A stretch of 64,000 bases of DNA from Candidatus Rifleibacteriota bacterium (GTDB lineage: Bacteria > Muiribacteriota > Ozemobacteria > Ozemobacterales > Ozemobacteraceae), in the NCBI GenBank assembly GCA_012520995.1, contig JAAYNI010000033.1, forward strand, positions 128,826-192,825, read 5' to 3'. Below the pieces are notes generated by a model. That model made no database searches. It worked only from the letters and a program-made list of their open reading frames with translations, and had not been told where the DNA came from. This document shows positions 48,149 to 59,400 of the stretch, in pieces (the stretch's first letter is position 1; every line of letters begins with the position of its first letter). The translations under genes were made by a program, and so were the position numbers.

Positions 48149-49116
48149 ATAAAATAACTCATTTTTTTCGAGATATAGCACAGAAGCTGTTTGTGGAAAT
48201 CCTGAAGGTTATTGCTGCTTTTTTGCCAAAAACTTCTTATAAGAAGAAACGCAAGGCAGCTATTCTCTTTATCAGATTTCTGAAGCCTTTCAAATTTGCC
48301 AGATTCGATTATGTAAAAAAAGAAATAACTTTTTCCTTGCAACTCTCCGAAGAAAAGGCTTTGCAAATGACTGAAAAGGTCTATGTGCAACAGCTTTTGA
48401 ATGCTATGGAGATGATGCAGCTAGCTACTCTTTCTTTGGATGAACTGGCAAACAAAATTAAACCTGTTAACTTTCACTATCTTGAAGAGGCTTATAAGAA
48501 ATATGGTTCAGTGATACTGGTTTCTCTCCACTATGGCCTTTGGGAATATATTCCCCCTTGGATGGCTTACAAAGGCTATACAGTTAATTCATTTGCCAAA
48601 AGGATCGCCAATCCCTATATTAATAAATGGATTACTGAGTTGCGCACTAAGCATGGCAGCAAGATTATTGTTTCAAAGTATGCAATGAAAGAGGGCTACA
48701 GAGCCTTAAAAAAAGGCGAAATCTTGGGACTTGTTTCAGATCAAAGGGTCAGAGGTTCCACAGGAGTTTTCGTGAAATTCTTTGAGCGCTGGTGCCCAGC
48801 ACCTCTAGGTCCAGCTGCTATTTCTTTGAAAAGTAACATTCCTATAATTTTAGGGCTGACGCATCCTGAGCACGAAACAGGGCAGCATATTGTGGAATTT
48901 TATGAGCCAATATTGCCTGAAAACTATACAAAAGATACAATTGGGCAGTATGCAATTACACAGAAATACTGCGATTTTTTTGAAAAAGTAATACGTGAGC
49001 GCCCGGAAAACTGGTTTTGGTTCCATAAACGCTGGAAAATAAAACCGGAAGATTTTCCGGATAACGTTTGGGTAAAAGAACTGGGACTTTTAAACGTGGA
49101 GAAAAAAGATGGCTGA
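48145..49116 (+). CDS. lipid A biosynthesis late acyltransferase (LpxL/HtrB family, LPLAT superfamily)
   Basis: LVSLHYGLWEY (H-x4-E acyltransferase motif). The overall size and adjacency to waaA support the call. Confidence 0.7.
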   Translation: MNKITHFFRDIAQKLFVEILKVIAAFLPKTSYKKKRKAAILFIRFLKPFKFARFDYVKKEITFSLQLSEEKALQMTEKVYVQQLLNAMEMMQLATLSLDELANKIKPVNFHYLEEAYKKYGSVILVSLHYGLWEYIPPWMAYKGYTVNSFAKRIANPYINKWITELRTKHGSKIIVSKYAMKEGYRALKKGEILGLVSDQRVRGSTGVFVKFFERWCPAPLGPAAISLKSNIPIILGLTHPEHETGQHIVEFYEPILPENYTKDTIGQYAITQKYCDFFEKVIRERPENWFWFHKRWKIKPEDFPDNVWVKELGLLNVEKKDG

Positions 49117-50377
49117 AAACTTGGCATTTAAGATTTATAAAACCATCCTTAGAGTAATTTTGGAAGTTTTTTCCTTTTTCCCTGAGCGAATTTCCGAACA
49201 TGAAGAAGTAATATTGCGAAAAGGTTTAGTTCCGGATGGTTTTCTCCCCCATCCGAAAGGTATGATATGGCTTCATGGAGCATCAGTAGGTGAAGTTCAG
49301 ACTTTGATGCCTTTTATAAGATTACTGAATGATAAGTATGGACGCGAAAGGCTTGTGACTACAGCTACAACAATAGATGGTCTTAAGTTGTTGCAAAAGT
49401 CCGAAACCTCGGCTTTTTCAAGTCTTTTACCATTCGATTTGCCTGAATATTACAATTTCTTTATAGAAAAAATAAAGCCGTCTCTTCTTCTTATCTCTGA
49501 AACAGAAATTTGGCCTATGTTGCTGCATTATGCCGCTAAAAAAAATATTCCAGCAGGCTTAATAAATGCGAGAATTAACACTAAATCAGTCAGGATGATG
49601 AGCATGTTTAAAGGTCTTTTTAGACCTGTTCTCAAGGAACTCTCATTTGTATTTCCGCAAAATAATAACTACTATAGACGTTTCAAGATACTTGGCGTGC
49701 CAGAAGAAAAAATGAAAATAATGGGGAGCTTCAAATATGATGCTATTTCGGATGATGCTTGTCCGGAAGCTTTTCGTGAGAAATATGCGATACCGCAAGA
49801 ACGTCCTATAATCTGTTTTGGCAGTACCCATCCTGGGGAAGAAGAAATTATAGCGGCAGCCCTTAAGGAAATTTTAAAATATCATCCAGAGTTGATTGCT
49901 ATTGTAGCTGTAAGACATTTACGAAGAATTCACGAAGCAGAAAAAACTTTTAGTGATTATCAAATACCTTATCAGAAAGCTTCAGAACGTAAAGAAATAA
50001 CAGAGCCTTTATTTCTCTTGGACACTATAGGTGAGCTTAAATCAGCTTATGCTACATCTTCTCTGGCTTTTGTCGGAGGAAGCTTGATAGAGCGAGGCGG
50101 GCATAATATTATGGAACCTGCTCTTTTTGCGAAACCTGTGGTTACTGGCCCTTCTCTGTTTAACTTTGCTTCGGAGAGGCGCACTTTGAGCAAAGATAAA
50201 GCTCTTTTTATAGTTCATGACGAACTGGAGTTGGCAGCATTAATTAAGGACTCTCTACAAAATCCTCAAGTCTACAAAGAAGCGGGAAAAAGAGGAGCGG
50301 CTGCATTGAAAAAAATGAGGGGAGCGTCCCTTGCTACTTTTGAAGAACTTGAAAATTGCGGGTATTTAGAGCTTTGA
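49109..50377 (+). CDS. waaA: 3-deoxy-D-manno-octulosonic acid (Kdo) transferase WaaA/KdtA
   Basis: MIWLHGASVGEVQTLMPFI is the KdtA N-terminal signature. The GT-B C-terminal half reads (FVGGSLIERGGHNIMEPALFAKPVVTGP). Confidence 0.8.
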   Translation: MAENLAFKIYKTILRVILEVFSFFPERISEHEEVILRKGLVPDGFLPHPKGMIWLHGASVGEVQTLMPFIRLLNDKYGRERLVTTATTIDGLKLLQKSETSAFSSLLPFDLPEYYNFFIEKIKPSLLLISETEIWPMLLHYAAKKNIPAGLINARINTKSVRMMSMFKGLFRPVLKELSFVFPQNNNYYRRFKILGVPEEKMKIMGSFKYDAISDDACPEAFREKYAIPQERPIICFGSTHPGEEEIIAAALKEILKYHPELIAIVAVRHLRRIHEAEKTFSDYQIPYQKASERKEITEPLFLLDTIGELKSAYATSSLAFVGGSLIERGGHNIMEPALFAKPVVTGPSLFNFASERRTLSKDKALFIVHDELELAALIKDSLQNPQVYKEAGKRGAAALKKMRGASLATFEELENCGYLEL

Positions 50378-51351
50378 GCGGCGAACATATAGTAATTAGG
50401 TTCAGCGCCATGGGAGATATACTTTTGACTCTCCCTGCTTTATTGGGTTTGCAGCAAAAACACGGGCAAAAACCCATATTAGTGACAGGCTCAAAATGGC
50501 AGGCTTTAAAACCATTTTTGCCTGCTAATGTTAAGATCTTGCAAAAGAAAACAGATCTGCTTTTTATGGCCAAAGAGCTAAAGCGAAATAAACCAAAATC
50601 TGTTTTCGAGTTGCAGGGCAAAATTATTTCATTAGCTCTTGCCTCTATGATAGCAGCGCCTCAGACTGAAATATATAAAAAGAGGAACTTAAAAGAGCAG
50701 TTTCAGGCTATTTCGAAGCGTTTTCCTATAAAGCTTTCAGACCCTCGGCCAGTCTGGAAAAAATATGCCGAGGTTTGCGGAGTAGAACCGCTGTGTCCTG
50801 AGAAGCTCTTGGTTTTTCCTGAAGATTACGAAGAGCAAACATATAAACTTCTTGAAAAGTGCCACTTAGAGCCTAATAAATATATCTTGATACATCCATT
50901 TGCTTCCAAGCCTGGCAAGGTTTTGCCAGATTCTTTGGTTGAAAGCTTAATCGAAAGATCTCCTCTTCCAGTAGTTATTATGGGAGTATCTGATTTAGAG
51001 CCGAAGATAAAAGCCGATTATTTAGATTTCAGAAACAGCTTTTCACTTAATGAGCTGCCAGGTATTATGATGAATGCGGCTGCTGTTATAAGCAGCGATT
51101 CTGGCCCTATGCACCTTGCAAGAGCAGTAGGTGTGCCTCTGGCTGCTGTCTTTTTGCAGACAGATCCGGCTTTGGGGTTTTCACCTGTTGAAAGTCCTAA
51201 TAATCTTGTGCTCTCTGAGCCTCTTCCTTGTAAACCCTGTTCTTTGCATGGCGGCAACAGTCTTTGTCCCCTTGGGCACTTTGATTGCAGAAAAGTCGAT
51301 GAAAAAGCCTATGCCGACAAAATATTTGAATTTCTGGATAAATTTCTGTGA
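50356..51351 (+). CDS. glycosyltransferase family 9 (ADP-heptose:LPS heptosyltransferase-like) #1
   Basis: IVIRFSAMGDILLTLPALLGL is the GT9 N-terminus. C-terminal DSGPMHLARAVGVPLAAVF. TTG start 50356 overlaps the waaA end; the exact start is uncertain. Confidence 0.7.
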   Translation: MRVFRALSGEHIVIRFSAMGDILLTLPALLGLQQKHGQKPILVTGSKWQALKPFLPANVKILQKKTDLLFMAKELKRNKPKSVFELQGKIISLALASMIAAPQTEIYKKRNLKEQFQAISKRFPIKLSDPRPVWKKYAEVCGVEPLCPEKLLVFPEDYEEQTYKLLEKCHLEPNKYILIHPFASKPGKVLPDSLVESLIERSPLPVVIMGVSDLEPKIKADYLDFRNSFSLNELPGIMMNAAAVISSDSGPMHLARAVGVPLAAVFLQTDPALGFSPVESPNNLVLSEPLPCKPCSLHGGNSLCPLGHFDCRKVDEKAYADKIFEFLDKFL

Positions 51352-52358
51352 AAAAAATAGCTGTAATTGGTGTTAATTGGCTAGGTGACGTTGTTATGAC
51401 ATTGCCGGCATTGGAGATTTTGTGTTCCTGCTTTGATGTTGATGTGATAACTCGTCCGAACCTTGCGGAAGTCTATCGTTTGTCAGGTTTGCCTGTTAAT
51501 ATTAAACCTTTTGACAACAAGGGTGATCTTGAAAAAATTCTTTCTGGCATAAAAAGACTGCGAAAGACCTCGTATGAAGCTTGTGTTATTTTTCCGGATT
51601 CTTTGAGAGCAGGCGTAACGGGCAAGTTTCTTAAAAGCAAAAAAAATATAGCTTTTAATGTGCAGGGCAGGGGACTTTTTGACAAAAAACTTTTAAACAA
51701 ACCAGCGGATTTTAAAAAAATACATGAGTCTGAGTTATACAAAATGCTGGCAGCCGAGGCATGTGAAAATATGTCTTATATTAGGCTTCCTGAAAGAGAA
51801 CGGGCTTTTTCACCTGAATTTGAAGAATTTACAATAAAAAAATATTCTCTTGAAAGAAAACAATATGCGGTTTTAGCACCAGGAGCAGCTTTTGGAGCGG
51901 CAAAAAGATGGCCTGCCGAGTATTTTGCAGAGCTGGCTGGAAAAATTCTGGAAAATACCTCCTGTCTTCCTGTAATTACAGCAGGAAAAAGCGAGATTGA
52001 AATAGCAAGATCAGTTGTTTCCTGCTATGAAGACAAAGTTCTTAACTTAGCTGGAAAAACGAATCTTAAAGAGTTGGCGTGCATACTTAAAAATGCGGCA
52101 GTTCTCGTGGCTAATGATTCGGGCACAATGCACCTGGCTTCACTCTTTTCTGTGCCCACGATAGTGCCAGTCGGTCCTACGGATATGACTAGAACCTCGG
52201 CTTTGAATAGGAACTTTAAAGCTATAATAGCAGATAACTGTGAGTTGATTCCATGCAGAAAGCCTGTGTGCCCTAAAAACACAAATGCATGTATGAAATC
52301 TATTAGCCCTGCAGAGGTTTATGAAGTATTTTTGTCATTTTTGGCAAAAAATAAATAA
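51348..52358 (+). CDS. glycosyltransferase family 9 heptosyltransferase-like #2
   Basis: KIAVIGVNWLGDVVMTLPALEIL and NDSGTMHLASLFSVPTIV. GTG start overlapping the upstream stop (GTGA). Confidence 0.75.
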   Translation: MKKIAVIGVNWLGDVVMTLPALEILCSCFDVDVITRPNLAEVYRLSGLPVNIKPFDNKGDLEKILSGIKRLRKTSYEACVIFPDSLRAGVTGKFLKSKKNIAFNVQGRGLFDKKLLNKPADFKKIHESELYKMLAAEACENMSYIRLPERERAFSPEFEEFTIKKYSLERKQYAVLAPGAAFGAAKRWPAEYFAELAGKILENTSCLPVITAGKSEIEIARSVVSCYEDKVLNLAGKTNLKELACILKNAAVLVANDSGTMHLASLFSVPTIVPVGPTDMTRTSALNRNFKAIIADNCELIPCRKPVCPKNTNACMKSISPAEVYEVFLSFLAKNK

Positions 52359-52440
52359 ATGATGTAGATATTGTAGAAAAAAATGTATATTATGATTTGT
52401 GCACCGAATAGGGGCATCTAATTATTATCCGGATATAAAA

Positions 52441-53463
52441 ATGGTTCAAAAACGCTTCTTGATAGCGCGCACTGACAGGCTGGGCGACGCTCTTTTAACT
52501 TTGCCAGTGGCAAGAGAGTTGAAACGTGCTTTTCCAGACTCTTCTGTAACGGTTCTTTTGCGCCGTTATACTCAGCCATTGGCACAACTTTGCGAGTGTA
52601 TTGATGAAGTTTTGTGCGATGATGATTTTAAGCCCGGCTTTTTAAGCAAAAAGCTTACCGATGAGCTACGTAGAGGTTCTTATGATTGTGCTTTTATAGC
52701 TCATCCTGCACCTAGGGTTTTGCTAAGCTCTTATTTCGCTGGTATACCTAAGAGAGTAGGACGTGCGTCAAATGTGTTTCAATTTCTTCTTTCCGACAAG
52801 AGACATCAGAAGCGTTCTCAAAACAAACAACACGAATATATGTATAACCTTGATTTGCTAGAAGGCACGGTAGAGCAAATAGACAGAACTCCCATGAGGT
52901 TGAAGCTTACGCCTTCTTTGGAAGAATATGCTTTGAAAATGAGGAAAAGTCTTGGTTTTAACCCGGCAAATACAATTATTATTCATCCAGGGCACGGCGG
53001 ATCAGCTTTAAACCTGTCTCCAAGAGCTTATGCTGAGATAGCATCAGCTCTTAGCCCTGATATGACTGTGCTTGTCTCTGTTGGACCAGGCGAAACTTCT
53101 GTTAAAAGCAGTTTTGAGCCTAATAAAAATTTAATTTTTGCCGAAAATATACCTGATGCCGCACATTTGGCTGCGGTATTTTCTGATTGTTTGGCTTTTG
53201 TTGGAGGTTCTACAGGACCTATGCACTTGGCTGCGGCTCTTGGTATACCCTGTCATGTGTTTTTTCCTCCAGTGAAAGCTATGACACCTGTCCGATGGGG
53301 ACCGCAAAGTGAAAAAAGCAGAGTTTACATGCCAGAACTTGAAGCCTGCGATGGACTTTGTGATAAATGTCCTGATAATGGATGTATGGATACAATAGAT
53401 CTGAATAAAATAATACCGATTATTAAAGAGGAAGCAGGGAAGAGAGCTTCATCTTTAAGCTGA
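52441..53463 (+). CDS. glycosyltransferase family 9 heptosyltransferase-like #3
   Basis: MVQKRFLIARTDRLGDALLTLPVAREL and GGSTGPMHLAAALGIPCHVFF. Start chosen at MVQKRF; the ORF track starts 14 codons earlier at 52399. Confidence 0.75.
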   Translation: MVQKRFLIARTDRLGDALLTLPVARELKRAFPDSSVTVLLRRYTQPLAQLCECIDEVLCDDDFKPGFLSKKLTDELRRGSYDCAFIAHPAPRVLLSSYFAGIPKRVGRASNVFQFLLSDKRHQKRSQNKQHEYMYNLDLLEGTVEQIDRTPMRLKLTPSLEEYALKMRKSLGFNPANTIIIHPGHGGSALNLSPRAYAEIASALSPDMTVLVSVGPGETSVKSSFEPNKNLIFAENIPDAAHLAAVFSDCLAFVGGSTGPMHLAAALGIPCHVFFPPVKAMTPVRWGPQSEKSRVYMPELEACDGLCDKCPDNGCMDTIDLNKIIPIIKEEAGKRASSLS

Positions 53464-53496
53464 CTTGAAAGCGGGATATTGTAACGGGAGACGAAA

Positions 53497-56400
53497 ATGA
53501 GGAACGACAAACGAATTGCTGGAATAGGAATAAACTTCGGAAAGGCATTGCTATGCTTGCTGACGTTATTTTTAATAGTTTCAGTGTCAGCTGATGCGGC
53601 CATTTCAAGGCCGCAAGTAATTCTTTCTGCTGACCAAAACGGAGACGGGATTGCAGGGGTGGGGGACACAATTACCTTTACCTGCACTTCTGATGCAGAT
53701 CCAGTAGACGATGTGTATGTGACAGTAGCTGATGCTATAGGTTTTTCCAGACTGACTATGCAGGAAATGGGAAACAACCTGTATAGCGTAAACTATACTA
53801 TACGTCCCGGTAACATTAACAAACACGTTCTTTTTGCGTTTGTCGATCATTCCTCTTCCGTAAACGTTACTACCAGCTTTCTTGTTAACAGCATAATTCC
53901 CGCGTCTACCTATCAACCTGCCGTTTCGGGGTATACCGGTCCAGGCCGGACTTTCCGCTATGGCGATACCCTGACCGTTACTCACAATCTCACAACAGGT
54001 TATGACAGTTCAACTATAATGGAACTTGACCTGTCCCCCATCAATTTGGGGGTGGTTAGGATGGGAAAAAGCGGTTCATCTTTTACGACTGAGATACGCA
54101 TTCCGTCAGGTTTGAAGCTTTCTGATACCAGCTTGAGAGCTGTTGCGACAAATGCTAATGGCAACTCTCAAGAATGGTATTCACAGCCATTTGCGGTTGA
54201 TACTCAGCCGCCGGTTATTCTTAATGCCCGTGTTCAGAATACCACTCAAAATGGTAATACAGGCTGGGCTATAATCAATGATACTTTGCGTATTACTGCT
54301 TCTGTAGAGCGTTATGAGAATGACATTCTTCTGGTTGATTGTCCTCATTTGTTTTCAGGCGGACCTCGGCACATGGACTATGTGGGCTCTGATGCAGATA
54401 TTGGCAACTTTTCATTAGAGGTTGTTCTTGATGATGTTGCCTTGCAAGGCCGGACTCTTGCTTTTAATATTATGGCAAGAGATGAGGCAACCAACCGTGG
54501 TTATGCCTCTACAAATACAATAAGAGTGGATACTCTGCCTCCCAGCTTTTCTTCTTTGTCAGTAATCATAAGAAAACCTGACGGTTCTACAGGCAATACG
54601 GCTATTGTCGGAGATATAATTCGCATAGAAGGCTCTATGGCTACTGTTATGCCTGATATAACTCTTACTGTCGATTTTACAGAGCTGGGCGGTTCTTCGG
54701 CTCATATAATTCCTTTTACGGATGGAAGTGTTGCTCCAAATGTATCGGTAAGAACCTTCAGAACAGATTTTATGGTGACAAGAGGCGAACTTGAGAACAC
54801 AACGCCTCTTTCCTTCAACGTTACAGCTACAGATGTGGCGGGCAATACTATCCAGAGAGTAGCTATGCCCGCTGTATATGTAGACAACAAACCTCCAGTT
54901 ATTAGTTCTGCTACTTTTGCAAATATTACTAACCCCGGAGAGCCTGTAAAATTTGGCGATCAAATATCTGTATCAGCTACGGTTGCAGATATAGATGATG
55001 GAGAAGTTTACATAGATCTTAGATTTTTGGGCGGAGCTCAAAAGGCTCTTTTAAATAAGGTTGGTTCCAATCAGTTTATGCTCAACCATAGAGTGGGCAA
55101 ATCTATTGATCCTTTGGAGCCCAATTTTATTGACAGACCTTTAGCTTTTAATGTTATTGCAGTAGACGATGCGGGCAATAAACATGAAATGCAGACAAAC
55201 AGTTTACAAGTTGACTCAGAAGCTCCTGATATTCTTTCAGTTGAGTATGTGGTTCAACCTCCTTTGTCTGAAACCAGGAGATATATAAAGGCTGGCGATT
55301 ATCTTACTTTAAAAGTGAAATTGGCCAAATCCGAATCTTCTGTTTATGACGGTCAAACTGTCATTATGGATCTTACAGATCTGGGTGGTGAAGCAAATCA
55401 GGCTCTGAACTATATGGGCGGCTACTATACATTTTCTATGGTGGTGCGCCAAGGGCAGATAGACTTTGGTTCTACCTTCAGAGCAACTGCGACTGACAAT
55501 GACGGCAACACTGACAGCGGTTATATTCATCTTCCCTTGGATAACAAAGGACCTCTGACAGGTCCCTTGAGTGTCAGGTTTCTTGCAGACAGAACTACTC
55601 AAGGCGTTATAAATATAGGCGATGAAATAGAAATCACTATTCCAGTAGATGATGGCCATGACGAAGGTTATGCAACTATAGATCTTTCGCTTGTAGGGGG
55701 CGCAAGCGACCATGTTATTAATTATATGGATTATAATGATCCTAAGAAGAGCTACATTATCAGAATGGTTTGCTCTGAAGCAGCTACAGCTGACCCTGCG
55801 TATGTCTTCAGCGCTGTAGTTTATGATAAAGCAGGCAACAAGATGTCCAGCTTGTCTCAGCCCATAAAAGTGGATTGTCGAAAGCCCGTTGTGGACACCT
55901 TTGAAGCTATTCACATCAAGAGAGCGGGAAATCCTGGCGTGGTGAACGTAGGCGATGACTTGAAGTTTACCGCTGAAGTTGATGATAGCGCTGAAGAAGG
56001 TCTTATACCTACATTGAACCTTTTGAAGGTGGGCGGAAGTGCCAGACAAGAAATGGAAGATGCCGGAGACGGCACCTTCACTTATACTCACAGAGTTGTC
56101 GCGGGTGAAACAGATGGCGAAGATGTAAAGTTCAAGCTTACATTCAAAAATTCGGCCGGCAATATCGCTGACACGCCTAATATTTATTCCCGTTCTTTCT
56201 TTGTAGACAACTGTCCTATAAACATAACTGAAATTTCCTATGTGTTGCTGGAAGATACCAATGGCAATAACATAGTTGACTTGGACGGAAGCTACACAGA
56301 TGTTCCTGTTTCAGCTCCTGACAAAGTAAGCCTCTCAATGCGGCTTTCTGCCAGCGGGCAGCTTACAGCAGATTTGAGCAAATTCGGCTATGGCACTACA

Positions 56401-59400
56401 GCAACTCCTTTGAACATTATTGATGATGTCAGCGGAGAAACTTCAGAGCTTGTTTTTGAAGTTAAACAGGGCACAGTAAATGGCGAAGATGTGAAAATCA
56501 AATTGAGAGCCGTTGATGAAAACGGCAACGTTTCAGTATTTGAAACTCCCAACACGCTTCGTTTGGATAACCGTCCGCCTGAAGTCGGTGTACCTGAAAT
56601 AATAATTGAAACCGACAATGGAGTTATAGGGGAAGCTAATGCCGGAGATGTTTTGAAAATCCGCGCAGTTGTTAAAAATAATGATGGCCTTCCCCCGCTC
56701 TTGATATTCAATAAACTGGTTCAAGCGCATCCTCCCGGAGTTCAGCTGCCTTCTGATATCATTATGGCGGAAGTTCCCGCCAAACCGGATCTTTATGAGG
56801 CGGAATGGGTTGTTCCTACAGGTTTGAGTGCCAAAGCCCCTCTGACTGTATTGTCTACTGACAAATCAGGCAATACTGTTTATAGAGATTCTTTGCCCAT
56901 GAGGTTTCTCTCTAAGGATATTACTCCTCTAGGCGGAACTGTCTCTTTGTTCTATGACGCAAACGCCAACGGAATAATAAACCCTGGCGATCAGGTAAGA
57001 ATAACCTATTCATTGGAAGATGTTTATTCTATGCCCAACAATTCTCCCATAACCAATGTTTATGTTGACGTTTCTCCTTTGACAAGTCTTATGGGCGGAC
57101 CTGTTCCTGATCCGGAAAACCCTGATGCCTATTGGGCAAAGCTTAGATATGACTACAACAACACTGGTTCTCCTTATGTCTATGAAGAAATCTTTACGGC
57201 TTCGGAAACAATAACTCTGGACAGAGGTGCTGATACCGATTCTTGGATCTTTAAAGTCAGAATTATGCACCCTGATGGAACAAACAAAACTACCAAGAGA
57301 GATACAATCGAGTGTACTTTCCCGATAGATACGAAAGTTCCGAATATTATTCCTAACAGTTTGCAGATCAGAATTGTTGAGGACAATGATGATAATCCTG
57401 ATATAACTACTGCAAATATTAACGACATAATAGAAGTTCAGGCTGAAATCAAAAACTATCCTGACTCTGATACTACCGTGGCTACTTTGTTCATGGGCAC
57501 TGCCAATGAAGTAATGCATCGTATTCCTCTGACACAGATAACGGGCACCGAAATCTGGCAGGGGCAAACTACTATAGCTACTGGCACCAGGCTTATGGGG
57601 CAGCCTCTCTATGACGGCGATTGGCGCATCGCAAATGGCGACATAGCCAGAATGATTGTGCACGCAACAGACGATGCAGGCAACACTAAAGCTTCTCATG
57701 CAACTCCCTATAAACCTGAAAACGCAATCAAAATAGACAATAAGCCGCCTGTTTTCTCAAAAGTTCAGATTTTTTCTGGCGAAAACAACGATGAACCTTG
57801 GGTTGTCAATGTAGGCAACGGTTTGGCCACTGATACTTTGCAATTCGGCGTTACATTGGGTGAAATTGTCTATGCTGACCTTTATAACAATAGGGGCAAG
57901 GCTTGGGTTGATTTGGCGCAAATAGGCATAGATGAGCCCTATTATCTGAAGCCTGGAACATCGACAGGCATCGGAAACACTATTGTTTTCGGAACAGATC
58001 CTAATACTTATTTCCCCGCTGACTTTGCTCCATTTGTCATAAAAACTGAAATAGACTTGGCTACCTATACCTTCCCCATTTGGGTTCAAGATGAGGCAGG
58101 CAACAAAGACAAGAGGATTGACCACTCTCAGCGCATTGCTATAGACACTTCCTCGCCTAAGCTTGTCAGAGCTGAATATGATGGCATGATGTTGACTTTG
58201 AAGTTTAGCGAAATAGTCAGACAAGACACTTTCAATATTAACAATATAAGAATTGGTAAGCAGTATAATGTGACTGATTATTATATTAATAATGGGCAGG
58301 CAATCAAACTGAGCGATGACAGTTCTGATCCGGCTGTTTGCGATATAATCATGCCTCTCTCAGATTCAGACACATACAATATTCTGATTTGTCCTGTAAA
58401 CAGAGGCAAAATAGCTGATTGGGGTAATACATCTCTTTATGTTTCAATAGCTTCTCAAGACACTGATCCCGGACACAACCGCTATGATGTAAATGGATAT
58501 CTTGGCAAAGATGAGGCTGGCAACTGGCTGCAGCCTGTTATGAGAAATGAACCTGCAGACGTTGTTGTAACTGAGGAATATATCGTAAGACCTAATCTTG
58601 TAAATGCCTATTATAATGCTGCAGGAACGATTGAAGACCAATCATATCTTTATCTTGAATTTGACAGAGAAATGGATCTCACCAGTATTACTCCTGCTTC
58701 AATTAACAGGTTGGCTATTTGGAGAGACCCTGCATTTACTGCAGAAAACTGGAATATACGTTACCGAATGCGTTCAGGTTTTGATACCTTTGATATGAGT
58801 GACGCTTATAACTCAACCAATGGTTTAAAACGCCTTAGAATCAGACTTTCTCAAGAAGCTCAAGACTGGCTGGCGCTTGTTTATGGCAAAAATTCAGAGA
58901 AGTTGCATGTTCAGATAGACGGCTATCTCTTTGAACCTCAGCCGTATCCAGCTTCACAGCCTCCGTTGGCTCGAGATATTTACGGTAACAGAGTTAATCC
59001 TATACGTCCTAAAGATGCTCTCGAAGGCAGGATATATCCTCTTACGACAAAGTTCGCTGTCAGTGCAGGTATTACACTTGACTTGACAGGCGACAAGCCT
59101 ATGCTGGTAATACCTTTTGAAAACAGGCGTGTAAAGCTTTTCCAAGATACTTATACGGCAAGTTCGCTGAATATTCCAAAGAATACTCCTGTTGACTTGT
59201 CGAAGGTTTACATCTGGTCTTCATCAGGAACTTCTTCGGCTCAATATATAGGTCTTGGAGCCAAAGGCACTTCGCCTGCTATGGTAGATTGGGATTCCTT
59301 GACTTACGGTTTCAGCAATATAAACTCTTTCGCATCTCCGGTTGTGAATATTGCTTTGACAGAAGAAGCTTTGAACACAATGCTTAGCTGGGGAACTTCC

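Noticed and set aside
55309-56091. 260-aa minus-strand ORF; similar antisense ORFs at 57010-57699 and 59854-60570
   Set aside because: All are embedded antisense in the 10-kb giant adhesin gene. The plus strand has continuous repeat-domain coding signal and a conserved C-terminal domain. The antisense products are Cys/Ile/Arg-rich nonsense.
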